Shown here piece after piece: positions 22,001 to 35,200 of a stretch of DNA of 64,000 nt. Origin of the DNA: Phoronis australis (lineage: Eukaryota; Animalia; Phoronida); the NCBI GenBank assembly GCA_002633005.1, contig NMRA01000085.1:537464-601463 (forward strand), read 5' to 3'. Under the pieces are notes generated by a model. The model was not told the origin of the DNA. It made no database searches and worked only from the letters and a program-made list of their open reading frames with translations. The first letter of the stretch is position 1, and every line of letters starts with the position of its first letter. The position numbers and the translations under genes are program-made.

Positions 22001-24938
22001 AGGCAATAAAGGCACATGCTACTGGAACGGTAACGGTTGTGATAGTCCTAGTAGAAACAGTAGCAGTAGTTGTATTCTAAAGAAGTAGCGTCTTGCCGCA
22101 AAATATTTAGAACTCTCTCAGTTATTCTTGTCAATTAAAATAAAGTTAGGTTGAATCTTAGAAAAATGTCCAGATTTGACCAACTTTGGAATATCATATC
22201 TCAAAAATACCGGGCTAATCGAATCCCTATGAAACTTTTGGTCTTTGCATTGTTATTTAAAACGTTGTGCGCGCAATTGTTGTATAATGTTCCCTTTCTG
22301 CATGAGGGGCTAACAAAAATAGGGCTTTAATTATGATTTTTATAAAAAGATCAAAAAACTGTGTAAAACGAAAACGAAATCGTACTTTAGAAAACTAGAA
22401 CTTTTAATATGATTTTTATGAAAAATGAAAAAGTGCCATAGAGCGAAAACGAAATGATCATTTAGAAACTGTAACAATATTTCGGGATTTCCCCCTTGGT
22501 CTTTTATCGAACGAATATTGATCCTGTTATTATACCATTGTTTGCCCATTAAATTTTACTCTTTAAAAGGCATGGTCTCGTGGCCCAGTCAATGGGAGAT
22601 TGTTATGAAATTCTACAGCCTTTCTAAAGAAAATGTACAATTTTACTGGCAAAGATTTATAGTTATGTAGATTTTAGCTAAATACACGATTGTAAGGTCT
22701 TATGTAACGATAATAATTCAAAAAAAAACTCGTGATAACCAGCATTCAATGGCTATTTCAGTACCTGACATTAACAAGACCCAATCTAGATTGTGTAGTG
22801 CCAGGGAACCTTCTGCAAAATCCTTGACGGACAACGAGAAAAAGGTAAGGCCATCGTGTGATGCGCATAATTACGTTATTATAACTTATCACGACGACAA
22901 TCCCGGTATTCTATGATGTGTCGGTGAAGTGAAGAGACAGTTACATATGTAGGGTCATCTGTGCTTTTGCTGGAGTTTGGATGTCAGTTATGTCCAAGCA
23001 TCTTAATGTTCTACGTATCTTGGGGACATAGCGAAGACGGAGAGATCTGAGATGATCTGGCTGAAAGACAGTTGAGGTGAACGCTGGCGTCAAGGCGTGA
23101 AAATGCAACTGCAACTGAAAGAGCAACCATTAGTTCAATCGCGTGCTCTCGCCTTTGACTGTCAGCTCAGCCGTCTTTCACTTGAAACGTTCTGCTCAGC
23201 TCTTAGCTCTATGTGTGCGGTGGCCCTTACATGTATCTTGCTACAGTGTCCAAGGACAACTGTCAGTTTGAATATCGCTCTTAATTTTGGTATGGCTGTC
23301 TTGCGTCAATGACGAGTGGGACCTTTGTCAGCCATGACGGTTAAGCATTGTTTGTACAGTCACAGTTCAACACGAGAAGTTCGACATTATCTACTTTTAG
23401 TTCATCAGTCGAACAATCCAACCCGCCATGCAGAGGCGAGCTCAAAGCTGGCTAAAACAGGCGCCAAAAGAGGACCGAAAAGTAATCGAGCAAGCTTTGC
23501 GTATTGCCGACAACAAGCGCGTGGATAAGACACTGGAGAAAGCGCTCCTACCAGATCCGAAAAAGGCTGCGTACAAATGGCTAGAAACAGCCCACGAGAG
23601 AGGTAACCTTGAAGTTGGACATCTCAACTTAGTTTCGCTGAATCTTGATGTAAAACGTTTGCCCTTTTGAAGTATCGAATATTTGCTTCGCTTTTTTACG
23701 ACGTATACACCATACCTGCGGGTGTCGATGGCTTCCACACTGTAAGGTCTGTTTCAACAGTTTAATGGTAGAACAGCACGCCACGTGATCACTTGATGTT
23801 GACACTTTTTCAGTATGTTTTGTTAATGTTAATGTGAATGTCTTTAACATTGTGACCACAATGCTGGATATAATCTTATGTCAAAACAACTCATCGCAAA
23901 ATGATTTAGACAGTCAATGTTTCCAAAAAAACTGGGACCAGACGGCCCCACAACGTTGAAAGAAAATTTCAAATGAAATTTCCAGAAGTTTGAATCATAA
24001 TGTTTCAAATCATCTACCTTCGCACAATATGAACTATTTCCCTTTTAGACCGTGAGGTAGCGCTGACATTTTTCCAATCGGTAGCTGGTTCGAAACTGAT
24101 GGGCGATACAACGGAGCAGCAAAAGAAACGACTGGCGCAGCTCATCGAAACCTTGGAGAGGTAATTCCAATCCTAATAGATCCTCTTTATCCCATGCAGT
24201 ACAAAAGGGAGTGAAAATTCCGCTACAGTTTATATAGTTGCAATAATGTTTATGGCCTGCTCTTGTATACCGACTGTTCATTTCGAGCGAAATAATACTC
24301 CACGAGAATCATTTTTGATAAGAAATAAGGAAACCTTGCGGCTGTACCGAAATATCCAGAAACACGGCACAGTTTTGGATTCCCCGTGGGGTGTAAAGGA
24401 GACAACTGTTTGGGCCCCTCTCGATACTGCATTTTAAAGTGTGCGTGCATTTCGAATTTCCGGTGATGCAGTTCCATGCAGAATTAGAATTGTATATCAA
24501 TGGAAATTTACAATTAACATCAATTGTAGGCTACTTGACCATTTTGTTAATAATCCCAACGCATCTGATTGCTGTTGTTCTATGTGGCTTCGTGGGACAC
24601 TACAAACCATTAAGTTGTGCAACGAATTATGTATGCACGTTTAATGACCAGGACGCTGAACTGTATACATTCGCTTCCATTGCGTTTGCAGGGGTAAACC
24701 AGTCGGTCTCTTCTCCCTTCCGACGCCACGCCCCTTGACCAAGTCGCAGGGAGGCACCAAACTTCAACATATCCGTCTGTTGACTTCGAACACTCGCAAG
24801 AACCGATGGCAACATACCACGTGGCACCATCTACCAGTGTTCGGGACGAACAATCGCGTGGAGAATAGAACATCAATATATACACAACCACACGCTCCCG
24901 TCCCAACTCAGTATGTTATACATCCGGACTTGGGTTAA
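10023..24938 (+). CDS. Uncharacterised ~386-aa protein, 7 coding exons, with a duplicated WL..A...DR motif and C-terminal VIHPD
   Basis: Phase-consistent GT-AG exons: 10023-10307, 20322-20391, 21063-21224, 22762-22844, 23401-23602, 24049-24160, 24692-24938 (1161 nt, no internal stop, ends TAA). An in-frame TAG at 9999 precedes the ATG. The join of exon 1 to exon 2 across the 10-kb intron is the least certain. Confidence 0.72.
10521..10582. repeat. Small palindromic MITE-like repeat (AACCAGTTT...AAACTGGTT family), copy A
   Basis: tgaaaaccagtttgacgccggttattcaatggagaaaactggttctca aligns with 29342-29389 and has internal inverted ends. Confidence 0.55.
17570..18027 (+). mobile_element. Second 5'-truncated Penelope-like insertion, nested in the transposase DDE domain
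   Basis: RHLKTRAREHL...H...FPIIDQA...ELKIHEALHISWCKPNLNRQ is a GIY-YIG C-terminus. 17570-~17650 is an inverted copy of the 3' end (~17930-18008). The flanks AATCTACAATT (17559-17569) and AATCTATAATT (18028-18038) form an 11-bp TSD with one mismatch. Confidence 0.85.
17955..17999 (+). ncRNA. Minimal type-I hammerhead ribozyme motif with intact core
   Basis: CTT-CTGATGA-T-GGTGTT(tgaataaat)AATACC-GAAAC-AT-GTC-AAG. Both core boxes are present, stem II is 6 bp, stem III is the palindrome ACATGT, and the triplet is GUC (predicted cut after 17996). Confidence 0.72.
22150..22420 (+). repeat. Diverged interspersed repeat (related copy inverted at ~48200-48460)
   Basis: gtccagatttgaccaactttggaatatcatatctcaaaaat...atgaaactttt...tttagaaaactagaa aligns with the reverse complement of 48200-48460 (gtccatatttggttaacttcggaacgtcgtatctcagaaat...atgaaattttc...tttagaaagctagaa). 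Confidence 0.5.
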
Positions 24939-27900
24939 ACCTCTGTGTAGTTGGTTACGAACATGTGCTCAACTCGTTTGTTAAACAGTAGCGAATTGAC
25001 GGACGAGCCTTCAATCAGTTATAAAAACCATGACATTTATTGCATATATTATGTTAATATCTTGAGTTCCGATTTCTCTTCTCCTTGAAAGGTCATGAAA
25101 ACACAAGAGGTGCGTGCTGCAATTGAAAAAAAAAAACCTCTGGCAGGTTTTCTTCTTATATGTTATTCTTCGCGACTGTCCTTAGTTGCTGTCTGCAAAG
25201 TGAAACACGTTTATATAAATTTCTTTCACGACTGTTTACCCCACACTTCCTATTGTCATTACTGTGATAATGCTTTTCGTGTATTTTATGTTTGTCTTGT
25301 TGTTGTGTTGTAAATGTAATACTAATCAACTTATAGTTGGAAGTTGTCATTCTTTCTACCAATGTAACGCTAGGACCTCGCTAAATAGCAAGACTTCGCG
25401 ATTGCAGCGTATTTTAAATCAGAACACGTGACTTTGGCTAGATTTTAGCTTGGTCTTGGTGTAGGTCCTAGCTAGCGTTACTGCACGCACGCCAGGTTTA
25501 CTCAAGTACTGTTTAAATTACATAACTTATGACCACAGATCATACGCGTATTGGGCGGGGCAACAAAAATTTCGGGCAGCGGAGCATCCAATGGAAAAAT
25601 ACTGGAAAAGCATACAGGAGGTGAAATCGGTGGTGACACCTTCAGTCGGGCAAAGCTATGTCATGTGGCCCCCGACCAGATAAGCCAATGCTGAGAGTTC
25701 AGCTAAGTATTACGCACCTATAGTCTCCGACGGCACCTTTGACCTGCCAATACACACAAAAACACACGTAACACTTGATTTAGCAAAGGCATTTATAAAA
25801 CTTTCTGGCAATGGCGACGACAGAATCCAACACAAGATGACAATGAACCAAGCGTTTTTCAGATACATGGAATTTATTTGTCCTTTCATTCTCTATCTGT
25901 ACACATTATGCAAAGGCGGTTTAGGACAACTCAACACACATTTAGTTTAAATAACACTTTAATGTAACAATCAAATTTAATTCCACCTAATTAACCATTA
26001 ACGAGACTTAAAAAAATCATTTGTACTTGCGCGACAAGTCGACTTTGACGTTTGGTTTGCAAGAGCTCACAATAGGTGGCGATGACGCAGACGTCCAGCT
26101 TGTTGACATGAAGAGACGGGAGTGTGGCAGGAAATGTTCGGATGAATAGCACGGTAGCCTGTTACAAGTCAACTCGCCACACAGCGACTGGTAGATCCAA
26201 TGTTCTTAATACAGTATTTAAATCTGCATTTCGCTTTATTTAGCTCCGTAAAAAAGAAAATCGAATTAGTCCTTTGATAATAAAATCCGTTGGGTAATGT
26301 TCCGTTATGGTATAGGTTTCTTTTTAGGTAATCAATTGCTGGGTGACTAGCAATGATTACTTGTGAATTTGTGAATTTGCAATTTTAGGATTTGCCAACA
26401 CCAATAAGCTCTAAAGGGTTTATTAGCGTTTTTTTAGTCGCTGATGGTTTGGATGTTGTTGCTGGTAACGGATATAAAGTTGCATCATGGTAAAGAATAT
26501 TACCAGGCTCATATTAAGCAAGTAAAGGCCAATTCAAGTAATTTGATTTTCATGTTAAGCAAAGAAAAATCCATCTTTCAGCTACAAAAACAGCTGTTTC
26601 AATCGCTGCTAGACAAATATCTCATAACCATCAACCAAGAAGCTTTTTAAAAGTCAATAACCTCATTTCGGATATTTTGCCCATGGACAACATTTCTTCA
26701 AAGACCTTTGTTCAATCTCAGATCAAACCACACAGATATGTTTCTAAGGCAACTGCAATACAACAATTGCAAAGGCAAACTAAAGGTTCTCCACAACTCT
26801 ACAACCCAAAATAGAGTGAACAACAGTACAGGTACATTACAAGGGAGGCTCGAGTCAGTCCAAGAAAAGTTTGTGCTTCATCAACATAGAACAACACAAC
26901 TGTAAAGTTTTATAAAATTTAGGGAATTTTTACATCAAAGTCCACAGACTTTGCTTACTATTATCACAGTGAAGTTGACATGGTAAACACATAATGCAAT
27001 AATTTAAGTGAAAAGCGAGTCTACATCTAATTCAACGTGTGAACAAGCCGGATGTCTTTAATTCTGGTTATAAACTTCCAACGAAGATCTTCCCGAGTTT
27101 TAAAGATACCAGAACAAGATCCTTATATTACGGAAATGGGTACAAGTAAACAGTGTTCAAACAAAATTACCCACAATTCATCGTCATGAGGACAAAAGCC
27201 AAGTTCATCGTCAGAGCAGTCTTTTCTTATGACTCAGAGTGAACAGAAATGAACAGAAATGAACAGGAAAAATAGTAAGGTGGATAAGGCATTCTGTAAT
27301 TTTACTGCTCTTATAGTTATGTTTGCTATAAACAGAATTAGTGGTCATGGCGGGAAATTTTATTTTGTCTGATTACTTTAGTCTTGTATTCCAAATGCTG
27401 ATAAGTTTCCAAAGGTTTTACAAATTGTAATGCATATCAAATCTTCGAAATATTCAAACTCCGTATATGCTTCTTGCGTCACATTTTGGGTATTACAGTC
27501 ACGCCTTTCCTGGATAATATTGAGATATATAGCTCACCCGATAATAGCTACATGTAGGTGGCGCTGCATCAGTAGTAACACGTCTATCACACAACAAAAG
27601 AGAGGACCACATGTTAAGATAACATGGCCATTTATATGTACACAATTTGCCAACATTTTGTTGTTTTCCTCAACAGTTGGCTTAAAAGTAAAGAAATCCT
27701 TCTGCACCTTAAGGAAGCACACGGCATAATTACTAAGTAATGCAATTTCTCAAACACAATTAACTAACGAAGAAGCTCAAGACTGTTGAACAGAGACACA
27801 ATGCCCTCAGTTCACAATAGTACAACACTTGGCAGTTTTTACTTTCCATTCATATTGGTTTTCACCCTCCTGCTACTACTGGCCTACCGAAGGGGCGAGC

Positions 27901-28964
27901 ACAGCATGCATCCCTATCAATTTTAATAAAACCCTCCTTCAGTCAAAACTCACTTCACTTTTACATTTTGCCCCCCCACCCCCCCCNNNNNNNNNNNNNN
28001 NNNNNNCCAGGTAACCGCTCCCTTACTTCAGCCCCTCCCCCCATCCCCGTTGCCAACCATTTTGCATTTGGGCAAGTCATGTTGCATTGTACGCAGGTGA
28101 CAGCATTCATGCGATGCCTACAATCAAAATAAGCAAAACAGCCAAGGTTGACTCTATGACACTAGCACCCATGCTCAATATGAGACATTTTCATGTGAGG
28201 CAGGGTAACTTGTCGTCACCTAATAATAAATAGGTGTTGCATAAATTAAACAGGTACTTGTTTTTTTCACATACAATAGCACTTGCTCATATCTTTAAAT
28301 AAATACTACAGGTTGGCACTGCACCCTGACTCTGTGAAAGGCGACGCCCCTCTCACACTGTAGAGAACAACTTACAACAGTCACACGCCATCTGTTGGTC
28401 ATCTCACACGCAATTCCCACATATAAACTGAATAATGATGAAATGACCTTGACCTTTGCATGTAACTATCATTCCACATCTAAAGCATAACCTGTTGACA
28501 TTGTTGAAACTACAGCAACTTTGCACGTAACCTTTGACCTTAATTTCCCAACTGCCTTCTCCATTATCTCCTACATCAATGCACCAAGCTGTGACTGTTC
28601 ACAAGTCCTTGTAAACAATGATCAATCAAACCATGACCTTCTCCAGGGAGCGACCAATAACTTCTCATTTTGTATTCAACATTTTGATCACCCTAGAACT
28701 TCAACATCATTCCCAACGGCTGAACTCCATCATCTTCACAAACACTACAACCAAACTCCTACCACTGACCTACACACTGAATATTCTCATTCGCTGCATG
28801 TCACAGATGCTGACCCTTGACCCCTAGAAGACACACTTTCATTGAAAGTACCTCATCCTCTTCTCAAACACTACAACCATTCTCCGACACCTTGACCTGC
28901 TCACTAGACATTCTCATTGGTTATATGTAAGGGGTCGTGACCCTTGACCCCTGCTGCCACTCTC

Positions 28965-29237
28965 TCATTCGCTGTATTCCATGGTCTTGACAAACTCAAC
29001 TGCAGCACAGAACTGCATCCACCAGTACTGCTCCTCCCCGTGCAGCCTCTTCGCATAGAAACCATTCACATACTGTATAGTTGACAACAAGTTGGGGGGA
29101 TTAGCCTTCACTAGTACGAAGATCATTACAGGCATGAAGTCGTCTGCTGCTGGTACCGACGTCTCGTTGGCTATACTGAGTAACTTCATTATTATGGCGG
29201 CACAGCGCAGCACACACTGCAGTTTGTCTTTGGGCGT
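28965..29237 (-). CDS. GAPVD1: GAPVD1 last exon (VPS9 Rab5-GEF core)
   Basis: tttcag|TPKDKLQCVLRC...PAADDFMPVMIFVLVKANPPNLLSTIQYVNGFY...YWWMQFCAAVEFVKTMEYSE*. Confidence 0.95.
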   Translation of the reverse strand, partial: TPKDKLQCVLRCAAIIMKLLSIANETSVPAADDFMPVMIFVLVKANPPNLLSTIQYVNGFYAKRLHGEEQYWWMQFCAAVEFVKTMEYSE

Positions 29238-32200
29238 CTGAAACAGAACCATGATGTCAGAAAGACCATAAAATGGAGACGCGTTAAGATGACCGGTACA
29301 CAGGAGCCAAGACAATAGACACATGCGAGGGTCCTGGATTTTGAGAACCAGTTTGATGCCTGTTATTCAGTAGAGGAAACTGGTTATCAAGATACAGAGC
29401 CCCTGTAAATGGCTTTTACCAGATCAGAAGCTTACTGACTAACTACAGCATAATCATTTCATGTAAGATGTACACATTAAAAATAACAAGACAAAATGAC
29501 CCAAAATTCCACATTGTGATGACAGAGTATACGTGCAGCTCAACACTAGAGCTGTTAGCATGACCCATCATGGCGCGTAATGGTATTTTGTCCGATTATT
29601 TTTCATATGTATTGTAGCAGTTGCAAAACGTTCAAATCAAGGTTGATCCATTAGGTCAGAAAACACAATCAACTGCTACCAGTGTAGTTCATCAATCTCT
29701 GAACACTGACAATGTTCTTGTAGTTGAATGCACGTGACCCTCCAAGATCTGCGCTATACGTACATCACAGTTCACAAATCTTTTATGCAATGAGCACCAA
29801 TGGGGCAGGGAACCGACATCTGGAGAGGCTACCTCCCGCTCAGCGAAGAGGATCAAAGATCTGCCGTATGAAGCCACCCTTCAGACATCCGGGCATCACC
29901 AGTTCACAAAGTATTCATGAACTGCACTGTAACTGTTTACTGGTTGCACTTAACACTTACTTTGTAAGCGGTGAGCATTTGTATCTCTGCCTGGGCAGAG
30001 GGCCACGGGCACTCCTGCTGGTACATCCTCGGGATGGACAGGTACTTATTGTTAGGAGAGATGCCCTTGGACAGTTTGCCTAGATGTTGGTGCAGGATTC
30101 TGGTGAAGAGAAACCCGAGAGATTATAAAGTGAGATAGATACAAGTTACAGGCAGAGCTGTCAGTTTGGTAAGAAGTTGTTGAACAACACATTTTTGTAT
30201 ACGAGTTCCTATGCTTAAAATAATATAATAGAATCTAGGAATGGGGCTTTTAGTATGTACAAGTTGCATCAACTTTCATTGCTTTTGTCACATTAGAGAG
30301 ATGTATGTCAAAGATTAAAGATGAATTCCAGAATTTTATACATGAAAAAGGAACTACCACTTGATGCAGCATAAAATAAATGTAAACCCAACAAAACACT
30401 TGCTAACAACCTACTTGGTTCAACTGATTACTTACAGTATGTATGACAAAAGTGTCAAAATGCCACAAAACGTCACAAAATTTCAGCCAAGAAAGTTCAG
30501 TCACAGAATGTCACAATGTCACAGATAATCAATTCTCTGATTGCGTGTCTCAATAAAACACAAACACGTCCAGACCAGTACGCAGCTGACTACAAATGAA
30601 AAAAAACAAATAAAACCAACTCACAAGATCTCATACATAGGAGGATGGATGACAAGGTACGCACTAACTGAACACTTACTGATCTCTCAGAATGTCCCCA
30701 TCACCGTTAGGGTACATGGCATGCGAGTAGATCCTGCCCATCACGTTTCGTTCGATGGCCACCAGGGCGTCATCAAACTGCTGCTCGCTGGCACCTGTGG
30801 TCAGACCAGAACAATGTATATGACCACTCCAACCGTAATATCAAAAAATTCTCAAACATCAAAATGCTGCCCACATATAATGCTAATTCCATTTCTGAGC
30901 AATAATGTAATCCTTTGTATTTATCTATGCTATTAACATAAAAATGTAAGAAATTGCTTTAAAGTATTAACTTTCATGCACTGCATGTTGTGAAGTAGGT
31001 TCAACAAATCTCACTATGACCTAGAAAACAAGGTCAAGGTCACCAAAATCAACCTATGCCTAGAGATGCCTTGTGGCTATGCAAGCACCGGCAGGGAATG
31101 GTGAATAGTATTACCTCTCCATACGGGGTCTGTGTCCATTTCTTTAGCCAGATATTCCAGGAACTCTTCAACCAGGTCAGTCTGAAGATACAGGCAACAC
31201 GTACAATCACTGCAGTGTAGTTTGACAAACTATTTAAAGTCAAGTGTGTGACGCAGACCTAACAACAATGTGATCACTTCTGAATCATCTAAACAGTGAC
31301 ACTTTCTACAGGAGGCACGCAAAATTATTTAATTGTAACGGGAAATGAGGATCACGTCAATTTTGAAACAAAAAAATCCGATCATCATCAATGTTGTCTA
31401 AAATTACAGAGCTGAATTCTTCCACAGGGAGCGCTAATTCACTTAAAGTCTCAAATCAAAGTGAATCGATTTTTTTAATAAATGTTGTTGATTACATTTT
31501 CATGACATCTTGTAACACGGTGTACAATTAAACACATATCACGTGCTAACTTTTAAACAACAATTCCTCCCAGACACTTTTCAAAATAAAATTTGTTCTA
31601 ATTAGTGCAGTTAGGTGACTTTTAACAAAATGGAGCGGTAACAAATCTCCTCACACCTACCTACACATAAATGCAACTTCTGTATTCATATCTTAGCGAG
31701 CGTTGTGCTCTCTTATGAAATCAAAATCAATATGTGCAAAATCATTGTCAAAAGTGTCAACAAACAACAGCAACGGTACACACATCCATGCGTTTATGTC
31801 AAATTGGCACCGAATGTCACAAGAACCTTAGTTATCGGGTCGTCATCATTTGATGCGTGCCAACATCAGCCAGAAGGCTGCATGCTGCACACCTGACAGT
31901 GGCCACTCTATGAGCAAAATCCGTGTGTGTACTTATCAAGACACATAAACTCAACGTTATTGAAACAGTGTTGATTCCATTTCTCCTTAATTACAAATAG
32001 GTCAGAGACAAAAAACATTTAACCGATACCTACGAAACAACAAATCTAAACTTGGTCCGGCCTAACATCAAAGTTCGTACTCTTTAGCACCTATACTTCA
32101 ATACCATCACTAATCCATTCCCTACGACCTTTGAACCATGACCAACCATTGACCTTGGACCTACCTTCTCGTCGGACACTGTAAGCTTCTGAAATTCCTC

Positions 32201-35200
32201 AATCAGCTTGCAAATTTGTCGCTCTTTCTTCTCCAGGAAGTGACGCACCAACACAGACACAAAGTATTTGTGACAGATGTCCTTGTCTCTGCAAGACAAA
32301 GAAAAGTGGTTCAACTGTAGGTGATGTACAGCGAAGAGCTGAACTTCCCTCTAAAAATCCTGCCAACACTTATAAGGCGTTCAGATTTAATATCATCCTT
32401 TCACACGTTTAGATCGAAGATAACTTGTTCTAGTCAATGCCAACTCGTTTTGAAACCTTCACCTCTGTCAAAGTTCAAAGAAAAAAATTCTCCCTTGCAT
32501 CGTGTCTATCAAAGGTTTTTTTAATTTCAAAAGCTGCACTCAACATTCCTAAACTAGATGTTCAACAAACTGATTTGGATTCCTACCCATTTTGGCAGGC
32601 AGAGGGTGAATTTTTGTTTTTGAAAATTGTCAATCTAGCAAGATACCGCATCAGCGTAACAATGGTTTAAAACATGTACAGACCAAAACCCTGTTTGGCC
32701 TTACCTCCTTATTCGTCGTAGCAACCTTTCACAGTGAGCCTTTGTGGAGAGCAGACCCTGTCGAGAGCGTGTCAGGTAGGCTATGTATGGCCTTCTGCAC
32801 TTGTAGTCTTCTTGCAGGGAGCGGATGAGCTTCTTAGTTCTGTAGAACGGACAGGAGTGGAGAAATAACGATGCAGGGATGGGGCTCGACAGACAGTTAC
32901 GTGTTAAGCAACTAACAATTGATTGACAATGGGAGACTTTCAAATGGCTACTTGGCGTTAACATGAGACCAGATACCAGTGGAATTCCCAGTCATTTTGT
33001 CTGAATATTGTTGGCTTGTACTGCAGCAATGCATCATAGAGTTCGTAGATCGTGACAGTTCACGAAGGATTGTCAAACCACATCAGACAGCGGATAATCT
33101 CATAACAACTGATGGCCAATGCTTACCCAGAATTGTCAACCTGTCGCAGAGAGCAGGTGGTGATTCAAAACCAAACCAAATCTCACTGGAGACTACCAAC
33201 CAGATTGCAGTTCAATAGAAAGTCTATCTCATCCAGCATTGCCAACCTACATCAGAGTCGAGAGCACATTGCGATTGAAAAGACAGTCACGCTTACCCAG
33301 GTTTGTCGAACTGCCTCAGACAACGGATGGTCTCGTGCAACTGAGCAATGAGGTTCTTGTCCTGAAGGTTGATTGCCTCCGCCAGCTGGATCTTTAAAAA
33401 CGCCAACAGAGGGCTGGTGGGCCTCTCGGTGTTATCACCTGGACCAGAAAGACAGTTGCAATATAAAATCATTGAATATAATGTAAATCACATTACACAG
33501 CAGTTGCTAAAGAGGCTATTAATAGACGTTTCATCAAAGAACTTGTGATGTAAAACACTAATATTGGTCTCAACTTGTTACATACTCAAATTACTCGAAA
33601 AAGAAAACGGAGAACTTGAGACGATGTTCGGTGCATAAAATGACTCGCCGAGACGAGCCAAAACGATCACCATAGGCTCAAGCCATAACAAATGGTTAGA
33701 TCTTTCTAATATTCCTAATGAAAAGTACGAGAACAATTTCACAGCATCAATTGATTGCATCTTACTTTTTGTGTTGGTGGGTACGTTTATATCCCTTAAA
33801 AAGTTTATGAAGACATTAATTTTGATAATGCTGTTGAATTATGGGAGAAAATTGTCCCACAACGCAATACTTTTTGACGCAAATGTCTCTCGAGTGGAAT
33901 TACTACAGAGGAAAATGGAACTGTAACGTAACTTCACCAAATGTCTCAAAGATATTAGAAAAATGCTGTACAGTTTTCGCAGCTTGGCAATTTTAACAAG
34001 TAATTGAAAGATCGCAGTGCACCACTATTCTACTGCTTAAACACTTGATAACAAAATAGTACGTAAACAGTTGAGTAAATTATTTTGGATGTATTTATTT
34101 GTAAATTGTCAAACTATTTAAAGTATGATTTGCTCAGCACATGTCATACAACCCATTTGAAGGAGACAGTAAAGACATATCACAAAGCTCACTGTGAACA
34201 GCCCTCACCTAGCAATAGCTGTTGCCGTGGACGACCAGCATTGAAAACCCAAGGCAATGTATGGAAATCGGCTGTGCCCAGCACGAGGCGAAGCTTGCGC
34301 TTGGCGTCCAGGAAGGCGGGACACGTCTCCAGATTGTCGGGGTCATACATCGGTGGGTCAATGACCTCCTCTTCTTCCTCTCTCAGACCATCAGTGACCT
34401 CCTTGGGGTCAGGCGAGTCACCTCCACCAATCACGTGGCTAGAGTTGGACTTCTTGCGGTACTTGGCCAGGATGTCATCAGTGGTCTCAACTGAATGAAA
34501 AGAATAGAGCAATTACCAAGACAAGCAGACATGGGGTAAAGAAGGGTTATCATAACGCTGCCGAAACACCGACATTGTTTGATCCAAACCTCCATTGAAC
34601 AGTGGTTGAAGCCAGGTGAATACAACCACTGACAAAATCTAAACAGACCCAGAGAAGAAATGATATTAACAATGAGAAGACACAATCTTGCTTATTCGAA
34701 ACACTAACAACAAGAAGGAGAACCATTACAGAAATTTGAAAAGAAACTCACAAGAGGGCATTACTAATATCTAGCGACAACTGCATGTGCGATCAAAATG
34801 AACCTAAAACAGTCGCAAGATAATTTAAATAACAGTTGACTGATGCCAGTCTCTTCCCAAGAGAAAGGTTATTGATAAACTTGTCAAGATCCATGAAGCC
34901 ATCCTGGAGGTGGAAACTAGCATTAGGAAGCATCTGAAAAAGTTAGAACCAATCAAAAACCAAAGGACCAGGTGCTGACCCCTACCACAAATTCAAGTTA
35001 TACATCTCACCGACGGATATTTCTGCGACTTTACTATCACAATTAAGGCTGGGTACTCGAATCAGGTCTGGTTTAGCTGACAAAATGAGCTTCGTTTACG
35101 AAAGCAACCAACTGTTTTAATAGTTTACCCATCATGCTGGCAGGTGGCAGTGTTGTGGGGTCATCTGAGATTGGTCGCACAGGGACTTTCAGATTAGTCC

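Noticed and set aside
27240-27268. gaacagaaat x ~3 (and the 62-bp duplication at 41655) as a CRISPR-like array
   Set aside because: These are simple tandem repeats with no unique spacers, in a eukaryotic context.
33670-33715. Possible 44-nt GAPVD1 micro-exon (GILERSNHLLWLEPM)
   Set aside because: The flanking exons already join in phase (34209->33438), inclusion would shift the frame, and the donor is weak.
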